From Geotalea daltonii FRC-32 (lineage in GTDB: Bacteria > Desulfobacterota > Desulfuromonadia > Geobacterales > Geobacteraceae): 32,000 nucleotides of DNA. Positions 24,173-31,258 of this stretch are shown here, in pieces. The notes under the pieces are model-generated. The model was not told the origin of the DNA and did no database searches. It saw only the letters and a list, made by a program, of their open reading frames with translations. Location of the stretch: positions 2,220,001 to 2,252,000 of the forward strand of contig NC_011979.1 in the NCBI RefSeq assembly GCF_000022265.1. Reading direction: 5' to 3'. The position numbers were made by a program, and so were the translations under genes. Position 1 is the first letter of the stretch. Each line of letters starts with the position of its first letter.

Positions 24173-25408
24173 TTATTTGATCTTCCAGAGAACGGCATGC
24201 CTTGCGATTGACCCCTGGCTGAGTTGGCTGCGACCCACCGCCTGCCCATGATCGTTGATGTCCACGGCGAAGCTGTTCCCGCCCAGTGTGCCCAAGTCTG
24301 TCATTACGCCTTTCTGCCAAACGAAGGCCTTTGTCGTGCCTAAAGTTCCCGTACTGTAACCTACCACCTGTCCCTTATCGTTCACATGGAACGCTCCGCT
24401 TTCACCTCCGTCAAGAGTCCCAAGGTCGGTCATGACCCCATCATTCCAGATGAAGCCATGCTGGGAACCCGTTGAGGATGCGCTGTCGCCTATGACCTGC
24501 CCCTTATCGTTGATGCCGGAAGCAGTACTCCAATTTCCACCCAGCGTACCAAGGTCCGTCATCTTTCCTTTCTGCCAGATGAAGGCATGTCTGGCCCCTG
24601 TAGACGTATAACTATAGCCGACCACCTGGCCTTTTTTGTTGATGGCATAAGCGTAGCTGGATCCCCCGCCGAGGGTTCCCAGGTCGGTCATGACGCCGTC
24701 CTGCCAGATGAAGGCATGCTCACCTCCCGAGGATAGTGTGCTAGAGCCTATGACCTGCCCCTTATCGTTGACGTCGAGAGCAATGCTCTTATTTCCACCC
24801 AGTGTTCCCAAGTCTTTCATCTTCCCTTTCTGCCAGATGAAGGCATGAGCGGTCCCTGCAGAAGTGCCACTATAGCCAACCACCTGGCCTTTCTTGTTGA
24901 TGGCCAAACCGTAGCTATACCCCCCACCCAGATTTCCCAGGCCTGTCATGGCGCCGTCCTGCCATATGAAAGCATCCACGGCACCTGAGGATGTCAGGCT
25001 TGTGCCCACCACCTGTCCCTTGTCATTGTTGGCCAGTGGCTCACAATAATCTCCACCCAGCGTCCCCAGGTCGGTCATTACGCCGTTCTGCCAGATAAAG
25101 CAATGAGACTCCCCCAAAGATGTACTGCTTTGACCAAACACCTGCCCCTTTTCGTTGATGCCGCCGGCAGCACTCGGATTGCCGCCCAGTGTTCCGAGGT
25201 CCGTAATCGTTATCCCTTTAATTTTGCTCGAAGCAGCACCTTCTTCACTGCCATCCCCATTACAGCAAAGGGCGTTGGAAGGCAGCAAAGAAAGCAGTGC
25301 TAAAGGTAAAAACGCTTGTATCACCAAGTTTTTAAACATGCCCTTCTTCTTTGGATGCCCGGAGAATTTGAAAACCGAGTGATGTCCCTCTTCCTTTGAG
25401 ACCACCAT
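24173..25408 (-). CDS. HAF-repeat protein, paralog 1 (411 aa)
   Basis: Eight ~43-aa repeats of the form G.SxAxxINxKGQVVGxSxxxxGxxHAFIWQxGxMTDLGTLGG (HAF family, TIGR03803-like). Start at 25408 (MVVSKEE) behind AAAAGGAGGAAAAAGAC. An N-terminal hydrophobic segment is present. Confidence 0.8.
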   Translation of the reverse strand: MVVSKEEGHHSVFKFSGHPKKKGMFKNLVIQAFLPLALLSLLPSNALCCNGDGSEEGAASSKIKGITITDLGTLGGNPSAAGGINEKGQVFGQSSTSLGESHCFIWQNGVMTDLGTLGGDYCEPLANNDKGQVVGTSLTSSGAVDAFIWQDGAMTGLGNLGGGYSYGLAINKKGQVVGYSGTSAGTAHAFIWQKGKMKDLGTLGGNKSIALDVNDKGQVIGSSTLSSGGEHAFIWQDGVMTDLGTLGGGSSYAYAINKKGQVVGYSYTSTGARHAFIWQKGKMTDLGTLGGNWSTASGINDKGQVIGDSASSTGSQHGFIWNDGVMTDLGTLDGGESGAFHVNDKGQVVGYSTGTLGTTKAFVWQKGVMTDLGTLGGNSFAVDINDHGQAVGRSQLSQGSIARHAVLWKIK

Positions 25409-25908
25409 GTCTTTTTCCTCCTTTTTGATGTTTGTCCCATCCTTTTGGGCCGCGCTTTGTTTATAGAAAAACGGTACCAAAATTAGCATGCACTGCCACT
25501 ACCCACTGCGTGCATTATTAGAAATTTCTACATGTAGCAGGTGCAGGGGTCACTGTCGCCACTGGACTATTGTTCGCGGACTGCCCATGGATCGGGAAAA
25601 GGAGGGGGAAAAGCTGGTAGTATGTGACAGGTTCTATTAAAGAAAATAATAGTGCATCCCCTGAATTTTAATCAGGGGATGCATCGGGGATCAAGGCAGG
25701 GAATATCAGACAATGGTGTGGTGGATATTCTTGCCCTGACTATGTAAATGACCGTCTCGGCTACTTTGGTGGCGTGGTCGGTGATGCACTCCAGGCACTT
25801 GGACATGTAGCTCATCTTATGCGTGGCTGATTGTCTTGGGGGCCGAGAGCATGAAAGTGAAAGCTCCAGCTGGATCTGCTCGTTCAGGTAGTCGACCAAC
25901 TGAATCAT
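25409..25908 (-). repeat. segmental duplicate of 28498-~29000 (HAF leader/promoter region, phoU terminator, phoU 3' end)
   Basis: Blocks shared with 28498-29000 include the RBS region CTTTTTCCTCCTTTT, GCACTGCCAC, CTGCGTGCAT.ATTAGAAA, GTAGCAGGTGCAG.GGTCACTG, CCCATGGATC, and an identical 29-nt hairpin GCATCCCCTGAATTTTAATCAGGGGATGC (25654-25682 versus 28741-28769). Confidence 0.8.
25706..25908 (-). pseudogene. phoU 3'-terminal relic (about the last 66 codons, frameshifted)
   Basis: Track ORF 25672-25908 reads QLVDYLNEQIQLEL...MSYMSKCLECITDHATKVAETVIYIV, against PhoU QVVDDLNEQIQREL...INYMSKCLERIADHATNISEMVIFMV. The PhoU-like end QGKNIHHTIV* (stop at 25706-25708) lies in a different frame from the rest, and there is no N-terminal two-thirds. 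Confidence 0.8.
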
Positions 25909-25914
25909 TTTTAT

Positions 25915-25966
25915 GGGAAAAGCAGTGCCAAGCTTGCAGTTACAACTCTGCTGCTAGCCTGGCACT
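25915..25966 (-). terminator. probable terminator after HAF paralog 2
   Basis: The minus transcript has AGUGCCAGGCU ... AGCUUGGCACU (11 bp with one G-U, 21-nt loop) followed by GCUUUUCCC. A related sequence follows paralog 1. Confidence 0.45.
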
Positions 25967-25992
25967 ATTGGTCCCTCTGTTTTCCCTGCGTC

Positions 25993-27201
25993 TTACTTAA
26001 TGCTCCAGAGAACGGCATGCCTCGCTAACGACCCCGGGCTGGTCTGGCTGTGACCAACCGCCTGTCCATGATTGTTAATGCTCACGGCCCAGCTGTCCCC
26101 GCTCAGCGTGCCCAAGTCGGTCATTACGCCGTTCTGCCAAATGAAGGCCTTGGTCGAGCCGTAACTTGCCGTACTGTAGCCCACCACCTGTCCCTTATCG
26201 TTCACATCGAACGCTCCGATTAGATCTCCGGCAAGCGTCCCCAGGTCGGTCATGACGCCGTTCTTCCAGATGAAGCTATGCTGGGAACCCGTGGAGGATG
26301 CGCTATCGCCTATGACCTGCCCCTTTTCATTGATGCCGCTAGCAATGCTCCAACTTCCACCCAACGTCCCCAGATCGGTCATCACCCCCTTCTGCCAGAT
26401 AAAGGCATGCATGGCTCCTGTAGTATTACTATAGCCAACCACCTGTCCGTTCTTGTTGATGGCATAAGCGATGCTAGATCTCCCTCCGAGTGTTCCCAGG
26501 TCGGTCATGACGCCGTCCTGCCAGATGAAGGCCTGCTCACCTCCCGATGAGGATGATCTATAGCCTATGACCTGCCCCTTATCATTGATGCCGACAGCAG
26601 TGCTCCAATCTCCACCTAGCGTTCCAAGGTCGGTCATCACTCCGTTCTGCCAGATGAATGCATGCATGGCCGCTGTAGAAGTCCAACTATAGCCAACCAC
26701 CTGTCCGTTCTTGTTGATGGCAGAAGCGTGGCTATATCCTCCCCCGAGACTTCCGAGGTCGGTCATAACGCCGTCCTGCCATATGAAAGCAAGCGGGACC
26801 CACGAGGATGTCACGCTTGTGCCCACGACCTGTCCTTTGTCATTGATAGCGACTGGCTCACAATAATCCCCACCCAGCGTCCCCAAGTCGGTCATTACCC
26901 CGTTCTCCCAAATGAAGCAATGAGCCGCCCCCGAAGACGTACTACTTTGACCCATCACCTGCCCCTTTTCGTTGATGCCGCCGGCTGAACTCCGATCTCC
27001 GCCGAGTGTTCCAAGATCAGTAATAGTTATCCCCTTAATCCCGCTCGAAGCAGCAACTTCATCATTGCCATCCCCAGCCCAGCAAACAGCGTTAAAAGAC
27101 AGAAAAGAAAGTAGTGCTAAAATTCTGAACGCTCTCTTGATCTTTGAGCATGCGGAGAACATTAATGCTGAGCCATTTCCCTCTTCCTTTGGGTAGTTCA
27201 T
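25993..27201 (-). CDS. HAF-repeat protein, paralog 2 (402 aa)
   Basis: Same eight-repeat architecture. AAGGAGGAAACAAC RBS. Only 60 nt downstream of paralog 3. Confidence 0.8.
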   Translation of the reverse strand: MNYPKEEGNGSALMFSACSKIKRAFRILALLSFLSFNAVCWAGDGNDEVAASSGIKGITITDLGTLGGDRSSAGGINEKGQVMGQSSTSSGAAHCFIWENGVMTDLGTLGGDYCEPVAINDKGQVVGTSVTSSWVPLAFIWQDGVMTDLGSLGGGYSHASAINKNGQVVGYSWTSTAAMHAFIWQNGVMTDLGTLGGDWSTAVGINDKGQVIGYRSSSSGGEQAFIWQDGVMTDLGTLGGRSSIAYAINKNGQVVGYSNTTGAMHAFIWQKGVMTDLGTLGGSWSIASGINEKGQVIGDSASSTGSQHSFIWKNGVMTDLGTLAGDLIGAFDVNDKGQVVGYSTASYGSTKAFIWQNGVMTDLGTLSGDSWAVSINNHGQAVGHSQTSPGSLARHAVLWSIK

Positions 27202-27261
27202 GTTGTTTCCTCCTTGTAGGTGTTACCTTTACGTGGGTAGCTTCGTTCGATGATGCTGCGG

Positions 27262-28497
27262 CTATTTGATGGTCCAGAGAACAGCATGGCTCTCCATAGA
27301 TCCCTGGCTTGTCTGGCTGAAGCCCACCGCCTGGCCATGATTGTTTATGTCTACGGCCCAGCCGGCCCCGCCCAACGTGCCCAGGTCGGTCATTACGCCA
27401 TTCTGCCAGAGGAAGCCTTTGGTTTGGCCGAAACCCGCCGTACTGTAACCCACCACCTGTCCCTTATCGTTCACATCGAATGCTCCGCTTTCAACTCCGG
27501 CAAGGGTACCAAGATCGGTCATGACCCCATCCTGCCAGATGAAGCCATGCTGGGAACCCGTGGAGGTTGCACCAACGCCTATGACCTGACCCTTGTTATT
27601 TATGCCATAAGCATGGCTCCAATTTCCACCCAGCGTTCCAAGGTCGGTCATCACCCCCTTCTGCCAAATGAAGGCATGCATGGCCCCTGTGGAAGTATAA
27701 CTATGGCCAACCACCTGTCCGCTCTTGTTGATGGCATAAGCGATGCTATAGTCCCCCCCGAGGGTTCCCAGGTCGGTCATGACACCGTTCTGCCAGATGA
27801 AGGCATGCTGTCCTCCCGAGGAGGATGTGCTATAGCCGATGACCTGACCCTTATCATTGATGCCGATAGCAAGGCTCCGATCTCCACCCAGCGTTCCAAG
27901 GTCGGTCATCATTCCATTCTGCCAGATGAAGGCGTGCGAAGCACCTGTAGCAGTACCACTGTCGCCAACCACCTGTCCGCTCTTGTTGATGGCATAAGCG
28001 CTGCTATACCCGCCCCCGAGCGTCCCCAGGTCGGTCATGGCTCCGTCCTGCCATATGAAAGCGCGGTAGGCATGCGAGGATGTCACGCTTGTGCCGACCA
28101 CCTGTCCTTTGTTATTGATGGAAGTTGGCTCACAATAATTCCCACCAAGCGTTCCCAGGTCGGTCATCACCCCGTTCTCCCAAAAGAAGCAATGGTCCTC
28201 CCACAAAGATGTACTACCTCGACCCATCACCTGACCTTTTTCGTTAATGCCGACGGCGCCACTCGTATATCCGCTGAGTGTTCCCAGATCCGTAATAGTT
28301 ATTCCTTTAATCCCGCTCGAAGCAGTAACCCCATCGCCGCCATCCCCACCCCAGCAAAGAGCATTGAAAGACAGTAAAGAAAGCAGTGCTGAAGATAGAA
28401 GCGCTTGTGTCACCACCTTTTTGAACATCCCCCTCATCATTGAATTGCCGGAGAACATGAGCACTGCGTGATTTTCGACTTCCATTGTGACCACCAT
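27262..28497 (-). CDS. HAF-repeat protein, paralog 3 (411 aa)
   Basis: TDLGTL recurs at residues 69, 112, 155, 198, 241, 284, 327 and 370, an exact 43-aa (129-bp) period. Start MVVTMEV behind AAAAGGAGGAAAAAGAC. Confidence 0.8.
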   Translation of the reverse strand: MVVTMEVENHAVLMFSGNSMMRGMFKKVVTQALLSSALLSLLSFNALCWGGDGGDGVTASSGIKGITITDLGTLSGYTSGAVGINEKGQVMGRGSTSLWEDHCFFWENGVMTDLGTLGGNYCEPTSINNKGQVVGTSVTSSHAYRAFIWQDGAMTDLGTLGGGYSSAYAINKSGQVVGDSGTATGASHAFIWQNGMMTDLGTLGGDRSLAIGINDKGQVIGYSTSSSGGQHAFIWQNGVMTDLGTLGGDYSIAYAINKSGQVVGHSYTSTGAMHAFIWQKGVMTDLGTLGGNWSHAYGINNKGQVIGVGATSTGSQHGFIWQDGVMTDLGTLAGVESGAFDVNDKGQVVGYSTAGFGQTKGFLWQNGVMTDLGTLGGAGWAVDINNHGQAVGFSQTSQGSMESHAVLWTIK

Positions 28498-28740
28498 GTC
28501 TTTTTCCTCCTTTTGATGTTGTCCATTCCTTTTGATCCATGCGGGACGGCTGGAAACAAAATAGCAAAGTTATCTCGCACTGCCACAACCTGCTGCGTGC
28601 ATGATTAGAAAATTCTGCACGTAGCAGGTGCAGTGGTCACTGCCGGCTTTGGGGCATTATTCAGGTCATACCCATGGATCAGTAAACAAAGGGGAAAGGC
28701 AGGTGGTACAGGATGGTTTATATTGGAAGAAAATAATGTA

Positions 28741-28769
28741 GCATCCCCTGAATTTTAATCAGGGGATGC
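28741..28769 (-). terminator. rho-independent terminator after phoU
   Basis: GCATCCCCTGA / TCAGGGGATGC, an 11-bp stem with a 7-nt loop. On the minus transcript it is followed by UACAUUAUUUUCUU. Confidence 0.65.
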
Positions 28770-28797
28770 ACCGGGAGAATGAAAGACGAGGAAAATA

Positions 28798-29469
28798 TCA
28801 GGCGATGGTGTGGCGGATGTCCTTCCCTTTAACCATGAAGATGACCATTTCAGAGATATTGGTGGCGTGGTCGGCGATGCGTTCCAGGCATTTGGACATG
28901 TAGTTGATCTTGATGGCCCGGCTGATGGTGGCGGGGTCCGAGAGCATGAAGGTGAGGAGCTCCCGCTGGATCTGTTCGTTCAGGTCGTCCACCACCTGGT
29001 CGTCCTTGCAGACCTTGATGGCCAAGTCTGCATCGGCGCGGACAAAGGCATCCAGCGATTCCTTGACCATGAATGACGCGGCCTGGGCCATGCGGGGCAT
29101 GTCGATGAAAGGCTTCAGCGGCGGCTCCGCATTCAGCTCCCGTGCCCTTTTGCAGATGTTGGTGCACTGGTCGCCGATCCGCTCCAGATCTGTGACGATC
29201 TTCAGGGCCAGGGTGATGAAGCGCAGATCGCGGGCAGCCGGCTGGCGACGGGCAAGGACCTCCAGGCATTTCTCGTCGATCTCCATCTCCAGACCATTTA
29301 TCTGGTGGTCGAAGGCAATGGTCTGCTCCGCCAGCGGAGTATCCCTTTCCACGACCGATTTCATGGCGTTGGAGATCATCGATTCCACCTTACCACCCAT
29401 TTCCAGGAGCTTTTCCCGGATGACGTTCAATTCCGCATCGTAATGTTTACTGAAATGTTCCCGTTCCAT
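28798..29469 (-). CDS. phoU: phosphate signalling complex protein PhoU
   Basis: 223 aa with two PhoU repeats (ARDLRFITLALKIVTDLERIGDQCTNI and INYMSKCLERIADHATNISE). Last gene of the pstCAB-phoU unit. Confidence 0.93.
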   Translation of the reverse strand: MEREHFSKHYDAELNVIREKLLEMGGKVESMISNAMKSVVERDTPLAEQTIAFDHQINGLEMEIDEKCLEVLARRQPAARDLRFITLALKIVTDLERIGDQCTNICKRARELNAEPPLKPFIDMPRMAQAASFMVKESLDAFVRADADLAIKVCKDDQVVDDLNEQIQRELLTFMLSDPATISRAIKINYMSKCLERIADHATNISEMVIFMVKGKDIRHTIA

Positions 29470-29485
29470 TTAAATCCTCTTTAAA

Positions 29486-29640
29486 GTTCGATGTTCGAAG
29501 TTCGACGTTCGAAGTTGATTAAATAAAGTTCGATGTTCGCAGTTCGACGTTCGAAGTTGTAAATCTTTGAATTTCAGAGGTTCGATATTTGGGGGTAGCC
29601 TTAACCTCGAACTTCTAACCCCGAACGTCGAACGTCGAAC
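29486..29640. repeat. inverted arrays of a GTTCGAN heptamer in the pstB-phoU intergenic region
   Basis: Plus strand: GTTCGAT GTTCGAA GTTCGAC GTTCGAA GTTGATT (29486-29520); GTTCGAT GTTCGCA GTTCGAC GTTCGAA GTTGTAA (29528-29562); a single GTTCGAT (29580-29586). Minus strand: GTTCGAC GTTCGAC GTTCGGG GTTAGAA GTTCGAG GTTAAGG (29640-29599). Confidence 0.85.
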
Positions 29641-29645
29641 GTTTT

Positions 29646-30404
29646 TTAACCAAACCTTCCGGTAATGTAATCCTCTGTCTGTTTCTTGTCCGGCGTGGTG
29701 AAAATCTTACGCGTTTCGCCGTCCTCCACCAGTTCTCCCAAGTAGAAAAAGGCGGTATAATCGGAAACCCGGGCCGCCTGCTGCATGTTGTGGGTGACGA
29801 TGATGATGGTGTACTTCTCTTTCAGTTCCTCGATCAGTTCCTCGATCTTCAGTGTGGAGATCGGGTCCAGTGCCGAGGCGGGCTCATCCATGAGAATAAC
29901 TTCCGGCTTGACGGCGATGGTCCGGGCAATGCAGAGACGTTGCTGCTGTCCGCCGGAAAGCTCCATGGCATTGCCTCTAAGGCGGTCTTTCACCTCATCC
30001 CAGAGGGCCACCCTTTTCAGTGACGATTCGACAATGCCGTCAGCCTCAGCCCGGTTGATCCTGCCGTTCAGCTTGTAACCGGCTATGACGTTATCATAGA
30101 TGGACATTGCCGGAAAAGGGTTGGGCTTCTGAAAGACCATGCCCACCCGCCGCCTGATGGTGACGGGGTCGGCGCCCTTGTCGTAGATATCGGTATCGTC
30201 CAGAAGTATCTTGCCGGTTACCTGGGCCGATGGTACCAGATCGTGCATACGGTTGATGGCCCGCAATACCGTTGATTTGCCGCAACCGGACGGACCGATG
30301 ATGGCGGTAACGCTGTTTTCGGGGAATTCCATGGAAACGCTTTTCACGGCATGGTTAGCGCCGAAATGAACATTCAGTTGTTCGAGTTTTACCTTGTTTT
30401 GCAT
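29646..30404 (-). CDS. pstB: phosphate ABC transporter ATP-binding protein
   Basis: Walker [13 protein letters not shown] signature LSGGQQQRL and Walker B ILMDEP, with a PstB-typical N-terminus and C-terminus (YITGRFG). Confidence 0.95.
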   Translation of the reverse strand: MQNKVKLEQLNVHFGANHAVKSVSMEFPENSVTAIIGPSGCGKSTVLRAINRMHDLVPSAQVTGKILLDDTDIYDKGADPVTIRRRVGMVFQKPNPFPAMSIYDNVIAGYKLNGRINRAEADGIVESSLKRVALWDEVKDRLRGNAMELSGGQQQRLCIARTIAVKPEVILMDEPASALDPISTLKIEELIEELKEKYTIIIVTHNMQQAARVSDYTAFFYLGELVEDGETRKIFTTPDKKQTEDYITGRFG

Positions 30405-30418
30405 TGAAACCTCATTTA

Positions 30419-31258
30419 TCAGTTTTTCTGTCTGCTTCTACCGAAGTACCTGGCCGAGAGGCTCAGGGCGAACATGATCGTTACCAGCACCAGTGCGCCG
30501 GCCCATGCCAGCCGATGCCAGTCCTCATAGGGAGAGATGGCGAAGTTGAAGATCTGCAGCGGCATGGCAGCCATGGGTGAGGTAAGCTTGTTGCTCCAGA
30601 ACTGGTTGCCAAGGGCGGTGAAGAGCAGCGGTGCTGTTTCACCAGCCACCCTGGCAATGGCCAGTAGTACTCCGGTCATGACCCCGGTCATGGCGCTTCT
30701 CAAGGTGACCTTGATGCTGGTCCGCCACAGGGGGACGCCCAGGGCGAGAGACGCCTCGCGCAAGGTACCGGGAACCATCTTCAATTGCTCCTCGGTGGTG
30801 CGCAGGATAATGGGAATCATGATCATTGCCAGGGCCACGGCGCCGGCCAGGGCGGAAAAGCCCTTCATGGGCACCACCAGCAGCGTATAGGCAACCATCC
30901 CGGTGATGATGGAGGGAATGCCGGCCAGGACATCCGCCGCAAAACGGATGGTGGTAGAAATGCGGCTGCCGCCAAACTCGGCCAGGTAAACGGCTCCGAA
31001 AATACCGACGGGAAGGCCGATTACGGACGCCATGCCAATCATCACCGCCGAGCCGGCCATGCCGTTGGCCATGCCGCCGCCGGTTTCACCGGTCGGCTTC
31101 GGTATCTGGGTGAAAAAGTCAATACTGATGGAACTCAAGCCCATCTTTACAATATGGACGAAGATAAATATCAACGGTACCAGCACCGCCAGTGCTGCGG
31201 CAAGCATAAGGCCGGTCATGGCCATGCTGGTTGTTTTGCGCAGGGCAACGCTTTTCAT
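30419..31258 (-). CDS. pstA: phosphate ABC transporter permease PstA
   Basis: 279-aa polytopic permease with the EAA-like loop [14 protein letters not shown]. The ATGA overlaps the pstC stop. Confidence 0.9.
   Translation of the reverse strand: MKSVALRKTTSMAMTGLMLAAALAVLVPLIFIFVHIVKMGLSSISIDFFTQIPKPTGETGGGMANGMAGSAVMIGMASVIGLPVGIFGAVYLAEFGGSRISTTIRFAADVLAGIPSIITGMVAYTLLVVPMKGFSALAGAVALAMIMIPIILRTTEEQLKMVPGTLREASLALGVPLWRTSIKVTLRSAMTGVMTGVLLAIARVAGETAPLLFTALGNQFWSNKLTSPMAAMPLQIFNFAISPYEDWHRLAWAGALVLVTIMFALSLSARYFGRSRQKN

Noticed and set aside
25240-25290. Lipoprotein lipobox in the HAF proteins (…NALC(C/W)…)
   Set aside because: Position -1 is Leu or Val rather than Gly/Ala/Ser, so it is not a canonical L-(A/S)-(G/A)-C lipobox. 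The Cys is noted, but lipidation is not claimed.
27250-28377. 375-aa plus-strand ORF (and similar ORFs at 26278-26988 and 25103-25382) antisense to the HAF genes
   Set aside because: These are products of the 129-bp DNA periodicity read on the wrong strand. The sense strand has strong RBSs, signal-like N-termini and the HAF repeat consensus, and the antisense frames have none.
24173-28497. Regular ~129-bp DNA repeats, and the heptamer arrays at 29486-29640, considered as CRISPR-like arrays
   Set aside because: The 129-bp repeats are in-frame coding repeats without unique spacers. The heptamer units are contiguous with no spacers. No cas genes are present.
28564-28585. Possible sigma-54 promoter upstream of HAF3 (minus strand TGGCAG...TTTGC)
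   Set aside because: The GG and GC dinucleotides are 17 nt apart rather than the required 10 nt, so it does not fit the -24/-12 geometry.
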